Positions 16,365 through 25,882 are shown, numbered from the stretch's first letter. The stretch: DNA of 30,839 bases from Candidatus Hadarchaeota archaeon (GCA_964452145.1 CAYVLA010000029.1:1-30839), one strand, 5' to 3'. The notes: generated from the sequence alone by a model not told the origin. Translations and numbers: made by a program.

Positions 16365-16484
16365 GAAAGGCTGAGGGGTCCTTCCCGGTCCCGCCCACGA
16401 GTCACTTCGACGCCGTGCCCCCGCCGAACCCGGCAAACCATTTTTTTCCAGATATCCTACGAAGAGCTTAGGGGATGGAGCCGC

Positions 16485-17321
16485 TTGACGCTTCGACGCT
16501 TCACGATGTTGGCCAAGAACCTGCTGATCCAGTCAGCTATGGCCGGGTGGTCGGACGGTGGGTTCTGCAGAGAGGCAGCGGCGGCGGGAGCCGCCATGGT
16601 CACCCTGGGCGGATACAACGTCGACGTGGCGACGCACCGCGCTGCAGCCAAGGCGAGCCGGAGGAGAAAGGAGTTCCTCGTCCCGCCGAGGGATCTGCCA
16701 TCCCGGATTGTCGATGAGGCATCCCTAGCGGCAAGTGGGGGGGCGCTGATCGCGGTGAACTTGAGGTTCTCCGAGATATCAGCCCTAGATGCAATATGCG
16801 CCGGCTTGCATCCACCGATAGACTTGGTTGAACTCAACGCACATTGCAGACAGCCGGAGTTCATCGCCGCAGGTGCCGGCGAGGCCCTGCTTCTGGACCC
16901 GGAAAGTCTCTGCCAAGCGGTGAGAACTGTTTCGAGACGGGTCCCAACGATCGTGAAGATCAGGGCATTGCACATGTCGCGCGATCTGGCCAGTTCGCTC
17001 GAGGACTCCGGAGCCTGGGCGATCCACCTGGACCTCATGAAACCCGGCGAGGCAAGGCCCGATCTCAAGCTTCTGACAACCATACGGGATTGGACCGAGA
17101 TGCCCATCATAGGGAACAACTCCGTCGTGGACCAGGACAGCTTCATTCGGATGCTCGACAACGGGGCCAACATGGCATCCATGGCGAGGGCCCTTCTGGA
17201 TGGCATGGAGCCCATTCAGCTAATTCTTGGGTCGGAGGCCTGTTGGGAGGCGATGAAGCGTTCGTGTCCCTTCGATGGCTCCATCTTTCGGGTGGGCCGA
17301 GGCAGAGGCGAGCAGAGCTAA
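16485..17321 (+). CDS. MJ0144-family archaeal Dus-like FMN TIM-barrel protein
   Basis: SAMAGWSDGGF, TLGGYNVD, VNLR, ELNAHCRQPE, GAGEALL, VKIRA, IHLDLM.PG, IIGNNSV and SMARA. Confidence 0.85.
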   Translation: MTLRRFTMLAKNLLIQSAMAGWSDGGFCREAAAAGAAMVTLGGYNVDVATHRAAAKASRRRKEFLVPPRDLPSRIVDEASLAASGGALIAVNLRFSEISALDAICAGLHPPIDLVELNAHCRQPEFIAAGAGEALLLDPESLCQAVRTVSRRVPTIVKIRALHMSRDLASSLEDSGAWAIHLDLMKPGEARPDLKLLTTIRDWTEMPIIGNNSVVDQDSFIRMLDNGANMASMARALLDGMEPIQLILGSEACWEAMKRSCPFDGSIFRVGRGRGEQS

Positions 17322-17323
17322 TC

Positions 17324-17340
17324 CAAGAAGGATTTAAATC
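17324..17340 (+). promoter_or_regulatory. Putative BRE/TATA for nfeD
   Basis: CAAGAAGGATTTAAATC about 28 nt before TTG 17369. Confidence 0.55.
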
Positions 17341-17368
17341 AATAATCGCGTCCGACGTGAGAGGCGGT

Positions 17369-18718
17369 TTGACCACGTCCGATCACTTCCGTGCTGCTGT
17401 CACGCTCGCCGGTCTGTTGCTGTTGTTCGGCGCCGTACGAGGCGAGAAGTTCGTCTACGTGATGGATCTCAAGGCAGACTTCATTGGCCCGCCGACTGCC
17501 AGTCAGGTCCAAAGGGCCATCGGCCTCTCCGAAGCGGATGGCGCGGCAGGCCTTGTTCTGATGCTTGACACCCCGGGCGGCCGCGTCGACTCAATGTTCG
17601 AGATCCTCCGCATGGTCTTCAACTCCAAAGTACCTGTGATTGTTTTCGTGGCCCCGAAGGGGGCAAATGCCGCCTCCGCGGGAGCCTTCATCACGGTGGC
17701 CGCGCACATTGCCGCTATGGCTCCCGGAACCGCGATCGGGGCCGCGGAGCCCATCAGCGGTTACGATCCTCAGACCGGCTCGGTACAGCCCGCCCCGAAC
17801 AAGACCAAGTCCTACATCATCGGCAAGATGGAATCGGTCGCGAACCTGACCGGAAGGCCCGTGGAGCCCTGTGTTGAGTTCATCACCGTCAATCTGGTGC
17901 TGACGCCGGCAGAGGCGTTGGAAGCCGGGATCATAGATTTCGTTGCAGGCGATGTGCAGGAGCTGCTGTCCAAGATTAATGAGTTCGAGATACACGGAAC
18001 CCTGCAGGACGGAAGCAAGCCAAGGGTGACCTTGTCGGACGCGGCCATACGCTACATCAAGCTCACACTATCTGAGAGGTTCACGAATTACCTGAGCAAC
18101 CCCACCCTGGCCTACATACTCCTGATGATAGGCATGTACGGCATTATCTTCGGCTTCGCCTCCCCGGGCACTTACGTCCCTGAGACCATAGGCGCCATAT
18201 GCATCGTTCTCTCCCTCTTCGGCCTCGGAGTCGTGGGGGCCAGCATGGTTGGGATAATCCTGCTCGTACTGGGCATGATATTCCTGGTGGCCGAGGCGGC
18301 CACGCCGACCTTTGGCCTCTTCACCACGGCGGCCGTGATCTGTCTGGTATTCGGAATCCTGTTTCTGCCTCCCAGATGGGGGGGCGAACCTTCCTTCTAC
18401 ATGCCCAGGGAGTGGTACAGGACATTCACAATGACAGCCCTGGCGCTCGTCGTCGGACTGGCCGCGTTCTTCGCAGTCGGGCTCCGCTACGTCGCGAAGA
18501 TCCGCACAAAACGCCCCGCGACCGGGGGGGACGAGCTGCTCGGCTTGACGGCCCATACGATAACCGACCTTGACCCCCAGGGACAGGTCAGGGTCAGAGG
18601 CGAGATATGGAGCGCCCGATCATCCTCCGACATCAAGATACCTGCCGAGGCGGATGTCAGGATCGTCGGGAGGAAGGGCCTGATCTTGATCGTCAAAGCC
18701 GACAAATCCTCGGAGTAG
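17369..18718 (+). CDS. nfeD: Long-form NfeD (ClpP-like S49 serine protease domain, TM region, C-terminal OB fold); stomatin operon partner
   Basis: Signal-like N-terminus from TTG 17369. LDTPGG, VPVIVFVAPKGANAASAGAFI, MAPGTAIGAAEP, multi-TM region, TGGDELLG and GQVRVRGEIWSARS. Confidence 0.93.
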   Translation: MTTSDHFRAAVTLAGLLLLFGAVRGEKFVYVMDLKADFIGPPTASQVQRAIGLSEADGAAGLVLMLDTPGGRVDSMFEILRMVFNSKVPVIVFVAPKGANAASAGAFITVAAHIAAMAPGTAIGAAEPISGYDPQTGSVQPAPNKTKSYIIGKMESVANLTGRPVEPCVEFITVNLVLTPAEALEAGIIDFVAGDVQELLSKINEFEIHGTLQDGSKPRVTLSDAAIRYIKLTLSERFTNYLSNPTLAYILLMIGMYGIIFGFASPGTYVPETIGAICIVLSLFGLGVVGASMVGIILLVLGMIFLVAEAATPTFGLFTTAAVICLVFGILFLPPRWGGEPSFYMPREWYRTFTMTALALVVGLAAFFAVGLRYVAKIRTKRPATGGDELLGLTAHTITDLDPQGQVRVRGEIWSARSSSDIKIPAEADVRIVGRKGLILIVKADKSSE

Positions 18719-19625
18719 GCCGGGTACGGCGCGAAGGAGTTGGGAAGTAGCCGAGGAGGAAGCCCTCCAAGGTACCTTCGTGGACTGCTTCCGCCAGGTG
18801 TTCGACCCCGCGCTGGTTACCCCAGGAGTAGTAGATGACGACCTTGCCCCTGAACTCGCAGAGATCGACATCCGAGTTGTTGAGGTTGACCGCCATGGCT
18901 ATCCGTCCGCGTTGATCGGCCGTCAGCGCATCGTTTCGTATCCACCTGTCCTCGGCCGAGTGGCGCAGAACCGGGTTCAAGGGGCTGCTCTCCCATCGGG
19001 CAAGGTCGCTGCTCCTAACGATGTGGGATTCGTACGCATCTCCTACCTTTTCAAGGTAGATCATGTAGTAGTGAGGGGCCGCATACCTGATCACCGGGCA
19101 GGCAGTGTAACGATCCTTGGCGAACGCAAACCTTGTGGACATCGGACTCCATCTGATCAAGTCGTCGGATTGGGCGAAGAAGATGGTGAAACGTTCGCCG
19201 ACGAGCTCGGGCGGCTCCCCGACCTCGAAGGCCATCACGAACCGGTCCCTCCCTCTGCAGACGGAGTTGTTGTAGATCCCCCACCTGGGCATGCTGAGCG
19301 CCGGCCGGCGGTCCCACACCTCCAAGTCGCATGACCTGTACACCAGGATCTCGGATCCCCCCCAGCGATCCACACCGTAGACGTATACGACATCGCCCTC
19401 CACATGGGCGCTACCTAGATGGCAACCCGGAGCGAAGGGTGGAGTGCTCCGTCCGGAATCCACATCCACAAAGCGGAAGTAGGACTCCCCGGTCGGATTG
19501 TCGGGGTAGTTGGCCCGCACGTACTCGAATCTGTAAAGCCTGTCACGGAAAACTACAGGAGTCGTCTCCACCATGTCGCAATCTACTGTGCCAAGCTTCC
19601 TTACCCGGGGCCCCTTCTCATCCAT
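18693..19625 (-). CDS. Conserved hypothetical beta-propeller protein (GH43/GH32/GH130-like five-bladed fold), cytoplasmic
   Basis: Repeated S.DL..W blade ends (SCDLEVW, SDDLIRW, SSDLARW), ETTPVVF, YTACPVIRY, SPLNPVL and NNSDVDLCE. Its ATG overlaps the upstream stop (TGATG). Confidence 0.65.
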   Translation of the reverse strand: MDEKGPRVRKLGTVDCDMVETTPVVFRDRLYRFEYVRANYPDNPTGESYFRFVDVDSGRSTPPFAPGCHLGSAHVEGDVVYVYGVDRWGGSEILVYRSCDLEVWDRRPALSMPRWGIYNNSVCRGRDRFVMAFEVGEPPELVGERFTIFFAQSDDLIRWSPMSTRFAFAKDRYTACPVIRYAAPHYYMIYLEKVGDAYESHIVRSSDLARWESSPLNPVLRHSAEDRWIRNDALTADQRGRIAMAVNLNNSDVDLCEFRGKVVIYYSWGNQRGVEHLAEAVHEGTLEGFLLGYFPTPSRRTRPTPRICRL

Positions 19626-21643
19626 CAACCCAACCAGCCCTCCTCATTGCGTCCTTGCTTCTCGGGACCGATCAATTCGACGGGGATTCGCTTAAAGCCC
19701 AGGGCATATGCGGGGGAGTCTTCTCTGAGCCGCAGGTCGCCGCCCAGCAGATCCACGAAGCCTGGATCCTCTCCCACAAGGTTGTCCTCCACTTTGACCA
19801 TCGAGGGCTCAGCATGCCAGTGGATCTTGATCCACTCCCCGCCCCAGGCCACGTTCCGGACAACAATGTTTCCCTCCGGGGGCACCCCCTTGTCATCATC
19901 GTAGTATCTGTCCAATTCGGCCATCTCGGGGTATCTCAGACTGTAGGGCGGACGGCGATACTGCATGGCATCAAGGCGCTCCTTCATGGTCTTGTACACC
20001 ATGTCGTGCCACACGGGACTGGGATCCAGACCTCGTCCGTCGATCTGGACCGCCGGGTGACAGTTCACGAAGATGTTGTTCTCGATCCTGTTGTCCCGGC
20101 CCCCGCCGACGAAGGCAGCCAACGAGCACCCCAGAAAGATGTTGCCGAAGACCGTCGTTCCGCTTGAGCAGTCATCCAGATAGACCGCCAAGGAACCCAT
20201 GCCGACGCCGTCGGTGTGGTGGAACAGGTTGTACCTCACAGCGTTGCCGCGCTGGGTCCAGTCCCGGCCCATGTAGAACGCCCCGACATCCCCCGTCTCC
20301 CAGCAGACGTGGTGGATGTGATTATACTCGACGACGTTGTCGTTGCCGGAAAGGATCACGGCGCTGTGAGGCCCGTCGTGGATCGAGTTTCGGCGGACGC
20401 TTATCCCGACCCCATCGACGATGACCCCGGGCCGGTAGCAGCGCGACCATTCCCCCATGTGATGAATGTGATTGCCCTCTATGAGGTGGTTGGCCGGTTC
20501 CAGCGTCCTCCGATCTCCACCGCTGACGCGAACGCCACAGTCACCCAGATGGGATATCTCGCAGCCGCGGACCTGGTGATCCCTTCCACCCTCCACGATT
20601 AGGCCATCGTTGCCCATTCCCCGTATCCGGCATCCAACGAAGCTGACATGCTCCCCGCCGATGACTCTGGCGCCGCTTGCCCTCCCGTATTCGAGTGAAA
20701 GGTTCCTGAAGCTAACGTGGCTTGCCCCGTCGAGTTCTATCAGCGGCGATTCCAGAATTGATGCTGCCGCCTCGTTTGTCTCCAGTTCGGCTGGAGGCCA
20801 GAAATAAAGGGCTCCGCCTTTCCGATCCATGTAGTACTCCCCCGGACGATCCAGCTCCTCGAGGGTGTTGAGAAAGTGGAAACGCTGGCCGGCCTTGATG
20901 CCGTAGACTCCGTGAGGAGGGAGGGTCTTGACATGGCCAGTGTTGGGATCGATCGACTCGACCTGCTCGTATGTCTCGGCCCAGTCCCAGGCCCAGTAGC
21001 CATGGACCCAGACATCCTCAAGGCTCCTCCACTTCGTGGCCCTTTCCTCTCGGCAGATGAAACCTGCCTCGAGTCTGCCCAGCTTTCCGCCGTGCCCATC
21101 TCCTTCTCGGAGGTATTCCACCGGACCATCTATCCTGAGGAATCCATCGTTCGGCCACCTGGCAAGCTGCATCCGGCAGCCTTGAAAGAACAACTCCAAG
21201 TGGGCCGGGGTGCTTGGGCGCCCGAAGCCTCTCGGGGAGAGCTTGCCGTAGTCCAGAATTCCCCGGGCCTTAAGATCCATCTGTACGACCCGCCCTCTGG
21301 CCTCCGGAGTCAGGCGCCCCAGTACATCACCATCCATCACCGGCTCAAAGCCCTCCAGCATCCTGCCGCCGATCAGACGAGTTCCGGACCCCTGGTAGAC
21401 GATGGGCGATGCTTCCGTCCCTCCGTCACGCCGCGTCAGTCTGAATGGCCTAAGACGCTCATAGATGCCTGGCCCGATAATCACTGTGACTCCGCCCACA
21501 GGAACCCGCACAAGTCCTCTTATGGCATCCCTTGCCGCCTCCAAGCTCCTGAGAGGACCATCTGTCCCCGTCGGATTGGCCTTGCGAAGTCTGCCCGACC
21601 ACGAATCGTTGCCCTGTTGCGACACGTAGAACAGCACGATCAT
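19625..21643 (-). CDS. Right-handed parallel beta-helix glycoside hydrolase (GH141-like), no signal peptide
   Basis: FYVS..GNDSWSG....N...TDGPLRSLE.ARDA, LARWPN, HGYWAWDWA, N.LEELD.PGEYY.D, GGDRRTL, N.IH repeats, ETGDVGAFYMGRDW and VYLDD. True start is ATG 21643 (ATGA overlap). Confidence 0.85.
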   Translation of the reverse strand: MIVLFYVSQQGNDSWSGRLRKANPTGTDGPLRSLEAARDAIRGLVRVPVGGVTVIIGPGIYERLRPFRLTRRDGGTEASPIVYQGSGTRLIGGRMLEGFEPVMDGDVLGRLTPEARGRVVQMDLKARGILDYGKLSPRGFGRPSTPAHLELFFQGCRMQLARWPNDGFLRIDGPVEYLREGDGHGGKLGRLEAGFICREERATKWRSLEDVWVHGYWAWDWAETYEQVESIDPNTGHVKTLPPHGVYGIKAGQRFHFLNTLEELDRPGEYYMDRKGGALYFWPPAELETNEAAASILESPLIELDGASHVSFRNLSLEYGRASGARVIGGEHVSFVGCRIRGMGNDGLIVEGGRDHQVRGCEISHLGDCGVRVSGGDRRTLEPANHLIEGNHIHHMGEWSRCYRPGVIVDGVGISVRRNSIHDGPHSAVILSGNDNVVEYNHIHHVCWETGDVGAFYMGRDWTQRGNAVRYNLFHHTDGVGMGSLAVYLDDCSSGTTVFGNIFLGCSLAAFVGGGRDNRIENNIFVNCHPAVQIDGRGLDPSPVWHDMVYKTMKERLDAMQYRRPPYSLRYPEMAELDRYYDDDKGVPPEGNIVVRNVAWGGEWIKIHWHAEPSMVKVEDNLVGEDPGFVDLLGGDLRLREDSPAYALGFKRIPVELIGPEKQGRNEEGWLG

Positions 21644-22623
21644 CCACCGATCCCTGGGTCCCCCGCGCCGTAGCTCCCGTGAGCCAACCATGTTCTTCGC
21701 ATGACCTCGATCTTGTCTACAGGATACTTCAGGGAATGCCCCGGGGCGAGTATGATACCTCCATTCCTGCCCAGCAGACAGCACTCCTTGACCTCGCCGG
21801 CGATTTCCTCAGGCTCGCCTAGATCGAGCGTTCTTGCGCTCACCCCTCCCCAGAGCGTGATATCCTCCGCATGCCGGCGCATCAGGCCCCGCCAATCATT
21901 GCACTCCCTCTGCACGTTCAAGATGTCCACACCGATCTCAACCAGGTCGGGCACCAGGTCCTCCACCCTGCCGTCACTGTGCTGAAAAACCTGCACACCA
22001 CCTTCCTTGGCTGCTCTGTAGAGACGAGTCTGCAGAGGTTTGATGAAGGACCTCCATTGCTTTGGAGAGAGCAGCGGCCTATCTTCCATTCCCCAGTCGT
22101 CTCCGTAGCCGACTACGTCAACTCTTCCCTCCTCTATGAGGCGCTGGGTTAGCGCCATCTTGACCTCGGCAATCCGCTCCAAGAGGGTCCTCAGCGCTTC
22201 GGGGTGCTGGTGGGACCAGATGAAGAACCGCCTCATCCCCAACAGAAGCCAGGCCCTCTCGAAGAGCCCCCAGCCGTTGTCCCCGAAGACGACTGCCCTC
22301 TTCCTGTCGATCCCGCGGCTCCGGGCCCTGAGCCGTTCACATAAGACCTTGTTCCGCGCATCCGGCATGGGGTGGGATTCCACCATGTCGAGAGAGGTGA
22401 TCGGATGTCTCACTGGAAAGCTGTCTGACCTTGATTCCCTCTCCTCCCAGCCCACTCCCCAGTCATCAAGACCCGTTCCGGCCCGCTCCACAAGTCCATG
22501 CCCCAAGGTGACGATCGATCCGTCGAAGAGGGGACAGGGGAGCCAGTAAGGGTTTCTGTGGGCAATCGCCAGCATGAAGTTCTCCCGAGGATTTCGATTC
22601 TGCTTGGACACCATATTCTCCAT
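21640..22623 (-). CDS. Uroporphyrinogen decarboxylase (URO-D)/cobamide methyltransferase-family TIM-barrel protein
   Basis: DDWGVGW, GLFERAWLLLGM, GDDWG....LLSP..W..FIKP, HSDG.VEDLVPDLVEIGVDILNVQ, LWGGVS and GGIILAPGH. Start is 22623 or 22614. Confidence 0.85.
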   Translation of the reverse strand: MENMVSKQNRNPRENFMLAIAHRNPYWLPCPLFDGSIVTLGHGLVERAGTGLDDWGVGWEERESRSDSFPVRHPITSLDMVESHPMPDARNKVLCERLRARSRGIDRKRAVVFGDNGWGLFERAWLLLGMRRFFIWSHQHPEALRTLLERIAEVKMALTQRLIEEGRVDVVGYGDDWGMEDRPLLSPKQWRSFIKPLQTRLYRAAKEGGVQVFQHSDGRVEDLVPDLVEIGVDILNVQRECNDWRGLMRRHAEDITLWGGVSARTLDLGEPEEIAGEVKECCLLGRNGGIILAPGHSLKYPVDKIEVMRRTWLAHGSYGAGDPGIGG

Positions 22624-22663
22624 CCCGGCCCAATGAAGCCCATTGGGGTCCTTTTCCTGGCGT

Positions 22664-22680
22664 GCCAAAGATTTATATCC
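22664..22680. promoter_or_regulatory. TATA element between the divergent URO-D operon and slipin
   Basis: GCCAAAGATTTATATCC (BRE-like plus TTTATAT); reads ATATAAA on the minus strand. Confidence 0.55.
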
Positions 22681-22712
22681 GATTCGGGACCTACCACTGG
22701 GCGGTGCGATAG

Positions 22713-23465
22713 TTGGCCCTCGAAGACGTCATCTGGCTCCTCGGCCCGCTTGTCCTCCTTGCGATCATGATCCTTGCCTCTGCGATAAAAATCGTGAAGG
22801 AGTATGAAAGAGGCGTGATATTCCGTCTCGGAAGGCTTGTGGGAGCCAGGGGGCCCGGACTGTTCTTCATAATACCCATCTTCGAGAGCATGGTCAGACT
22901 GGACCTGAGGACCACCGTTCTAGACGTCCCGTCCCAAGAGGTCATAACCCGGGATAACGTTCCGGTGCGGGTCGACGCCGTTGTCTACTTCCGCATAATG
23001 GACCCAGAGAAATCCATCGTCCAGGTCACCAACTACGTCGCTGCAACAAGCCTATACTCTCAGACGACGCTGCGGGTGGTCATCGGGCAGGCCAACCTAG
23101 ACGAGGTCCTCTCCGAGAGGGAGAAGCTGAACAAGCAGCTCCAGACCATCATAGACGAGGCCACGGATCCATGGGGCATAAAGGTATCCGCGGTGGAGCT
23201 GAAGAACGTGGAGGTTCCCGAGGCCATGAAGAGGGCCATGGCCAAGCAGGCCGAGGCGGAGAGGGACAGAAGGGGCCGAATCATCGCGGCACAAGGCGAG
23301 ATGCAAGCCGCTCTTCAGCTGGCGGAGGCGGCAAATACCCTGCAGAAGAGCCCCGGATCGCTGCAGCTGAGGCTTCTGAGCACTCTCTCCGAGGCGGCAG
23401 CCGAGAAAGCGAACACCATCGTCGTACCGGTCCCCGTCGAGCTTCTGAAGCTGCTGGGCCGATAG
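22713..23465 (+). CDS. Slipin/stomatin (SPFH band-7) membrane protein
   Basis: N-terminal TM, IVKEYERGVIFRLGRL..ARGPGLFFIIP, QEVITRDNV...VDAVVYFR, QTTLR, ATDPWGIKV and RAMAKQAEAERDRR. Confidence 0.96.
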   Translation: MALEDVIWLLGPLVLLAIMILASAIKIVKEYERGVIFRLGRLVGARGPGLFFIIPIFESMVRLDLRTTVLDVPSQEVITRDNVPVRVDAVVYFRIMDPEKSIVQVTNYVAATSLYSQTTLRVVIGQANLDEVLSEREKLNKQLQTIIDEATDPWGIKVSAVELKNVEVPEAMKRAMAKQAEAERDRRGRIIAAQGEMQAALQLAEAANTLQKSPGSLQLRLLSTLSEAAAEKANTIVVPVPVELLKLLGR

Positions 23466-23490
23466 ACCATCCTCACCCGGGGACGAACGG

Positions 23491-24681
23491 ATGTCTTCCG
23501 ATCTAGTCATCGTGGGAGAGGGCGGGCTGAAGATACTGGTCCCGAGGCGTCCCGGACAGACGATGACCAGCAGGACGCCGGGATTCTACAACCCCGCCAT
23601 GGTGACAAACCGGGACATCGCCACCATCTGTGCAGCTGCCTACTCCAAGGCCCAGCCCCGACCCATCGTGGCCTGCGATATCATGTCTGCAACGGGCATC
23701 AGGGGACTCAGATACCTCGGACTCGACGATGTGCTCGAGGTGCACATGAATGACATAGGGAGGACTGCATTCGAACTGATGTACCGGAACCTGGAAATGA
23801 ACTACTCGGTGAAGGACGTGACTAGAGAGGAGAGCGCTGTGCGCTGCCTGGTGGATGGCAAGACCGTCTTGATCACCAATCAGGAGGCATTGCTCTTCCT
23901 TGCCCAACACAAGCATCACTACCAGCTTCTCGATCTGGATCCCTTCGGCTCCCCCGTGGGCTTCATCCCCTCATGCCTGAAAGCGCTCAGACATGGCTCG
24001 CTTCTGTGCATCACGGCCACCGACACGGCCCCCCTGTGCGGCACGTATCCCAGAACGTGTCTCCGCAGGTACGGATGCCTGTCCATGAAGACCGACTACA
24101 TGCATGAGCTCGGCGTCAGAATTCTTGTCGCCCATGTGGCAAGGCAGGCTTGCTCTCTTGAACTGGGCGTCAAACCTCTTCTTTGCCACGCCACGGCGCA
24201 TTACTATAGGGTGTACCTAGAAGTCAAGGGGTCGAGAAAGGCCTCGGATCGAAGCCTGGATATGATTGGCTGGGGAGGCCACTGCAAACGCTGCGGTTCC
24301 AGGCAAGCCTTTGCGGGCCACCTGCCCGCGGCACCCAGCTGCTGCGGTGAACCCATGTCCATACTCGGGCCCCTCTGGGCGGGACCTCTGAAGGACGATG
24401 AATTCCTCTCCGGGGTGATGGCGCTGTGCCCTTTCCCGGGAGTCGGAGACGAGGCCGCCGGGATCCTTCGGAAGCTGGCCGAGGAACTGGATACCTACTC
24501 CTACTACGATCTCCACCACCTCTCGCGCAGGCTGGGCATACCGGCCCCTTCAACCTCACGGGTTCTGCACGAGCTTCATAGCAGGGGTTTCCAGGCGAGC
24601 CCGACCCACATATCCGGGAGGAGTGTTAAGACCGATGCATCTCTGGCTGATCTTGTCGGGTGCCTTACCCGGCTGAGTTGA
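23491..24681 (+). CDS. trm1: tRNA (guanine26-N2)-dimethyltransferase
   Basis: FYNPAM..NRDI, D.MSATGIRGLRY, DLDPFGSP, TATDTAPLCG, HELGVRIL, HYYRVY, a C..C zinc knuckle, GPLWAGPL and S.TH.....VKTDA. Confidence 0.95.
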   Translation: MSSDLVIVGEGGLKILVPRRPGQTMTSRTPGFYNPAMVTNRDIATICAAAYSKAQPRPIVACDIMSATGIRGLRYLGLDDVLEVHMNDIGRTAFELMYRNLEMNYSVKDVTREESAVRCLVDGKTVLITNQEALLFLAQHKHHYQLLDLDPFGSPVGFIPSCLKALRHGSLLCITATDTAPLCGTYPRTCLRRYGCLSMKTDYMHELGVRILVAHVARQACSLELGVKPLLCHATAHYYRVYLEVKGSRKASDRSLDMIGWGGHCKRCGSRQAFAGHLPAAPSCCGEPMSILGPLWAGPLKDDEFLSGVMALCPFPGVGDEAAGILRKLAEELDTYSYYDLHHLSRRLGIPAPSTSRVLHELHSRGFQASPTHISGRSVKTDASLADLVGCLTRLS

Positions 24682-25882
24682 GAACGGAAACGACTCTCCT
24701 GACGCCCTCCTCCACATCCGCGAGGGTCATGTTGTTGCCTATCGCCAGCCTGATGTGCCGATCAAGGTAGAAGCTCGTTCCGGGAACGACGCTGACCCCG
24801 CCGACCAGCAGGTCCTCGGTCAGTTTGCGCGAGTCCTCGACAGGCACGCGCGGGAAGAGGTAGAAGCTGGCCTTCGGATCATTGTAGGAGTCGAACCGAC
24901 AACCAGCCTCCTCGAGGAGAGCCTTGGCCGCGCTCACCTTCTCCCCGTAGCGCCGGTTCACCTCATCCATGTAGGAGAGCTTTGGATCCGTGTTGAGGAC
25001 CTCCAGCGCACCTGACTGGGCCTCCGCGCAAACGCCTGCTCCCTCGTTTCGCAGAGCCGTGAAGAACCCGTGCTTGACGGGATCGGACAGGGCCTCAGGC
25101 AGCACCAGCCCGCCCAGCCTGATGTTGGGCTTCAAGATCTTGGAGAACGAAATGCACTTGAACACGATATCGGCATACTCGCTGTACTTGCAGAACGAGA
25201 CGTGCCGCCGGAAGCCCTCGTGTATGAGGTGCTGATAGGCCTCGTCGGATATCACCCAGAGATCATTGTCCCGTGCGAAGGAGAGGATGTCCTTCACCGT
25301 TCGGGGGGAGAGGATGCTTCCCGTGGGGTTGTTGGGCGAATTCACGTAGACCGCAACGGTCTCCTGATTCACGGCGTTCTGGGCCTCGTCCTCCTTGAAG
25401 CGTCCGTCGGGCGTTAGGAGTTGGCAGAAATCTGCCCGGATCTCGTACTCCCATGCGAAGTTTGAGATCACCCCCCATCCGGGCGCCATGGCGAGGAGGT
25501 TGTTTGACCTGCCGCCTCTAGCGCCGAGGACTTTGAAGATGAACTTGAGAGCCCCGCATCCTCCCAGGGTCACGTAGACCCGCGAATCCGGAACATCGAC
25601 TCCGAAGGCCTCCCTCTCCATCCTGGAGATCCCCTGTCTGAGCTCGGGAAGGCCCTCAGCCGGCGGATAGCTGCTGGACTCGACCGCCCTTGGCGAGAGA
25701 AGCCCCTTCCTGTAGGCCTCAAGCACCCGGGCGGGAGGCAGATCCGGCTCCCCGATGTTCAACCTGATGATCTTCTGCCCGATCTCCTTCTCCAGTTCCA
25801 TGGCCCGCCTCACGAAGCTTCTGATTGGGTCGGGCTTGAGCCCATCGGGGCCCACAACCAGGGGCGACAGGTACCTTGCCAC
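24665..25882 (-). CDS. PLP-dependent class I/II (aspartate/aromatic) aminotransferase
   Basis: LNIGEPD, Y.PAEGLPELR, NSPNNPTG, ISDEAY, SFSK (PLP lysine)..RLG, FYLFP and VVPG.SF...HIRL. Confidence 0.92.
   Translation of the reverse strand: MARYLSPLVVGPDGLKPDPIRSFVRRAMELEKEIGQKIIRLNIGEPDLPPARVLEAYRKGLLSPRAVESSSYPPAEGLPELRQGISRMEREAFGVDVPDSRVYVTLGGCGALKFIFKVLGARGGRSNNLLAMAPGWGVISNFAWEYEIRADFCQLLTPDGRFKEDEAQNAVNQETVAVYVNSPNNPTGSILSPRTVKDILSFARDNDLWVISDEAYQHLIHEGFRRHVSFCKYSEYADIVFKCISFSKILKPNIRLGGLVLPEALSDPVKHGFFTALRNEGAGVCAEAQSGALEVLNTDPKLSYMDEVNRRYGEKVSAAKALLEEAGCRFDSYNDPKASFYLFPRVPVEDSRKLTEDLLVGGVSVVPGTSFYLDRHIRLAIGNNMTLADVEEGVRRVVSVLNSAG

Noticed and set aside
16365..16484. GC-rich spacer ending in a T7 run as a tRNA or structured RNA
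   Set aside because: No cloverleaf or T-loop consensus is visible. The T run is adequately explained as a terminator or promoter element.
16844..17368. 175-aa N-terminal extension of nfeD in the ORF track
   Set aside because: It overlaps the Dus-like gene in another frame and is low-information. A TATA element, an SD-like GAGGCGG and a signal peptide all point to TTG 17369.
21640..22623. Calling the URO-D-family gene hemE
   Set aside because: It lacks the N-terminal RQAGR motif of true HemE and has no tetrapyrrole pathway context.
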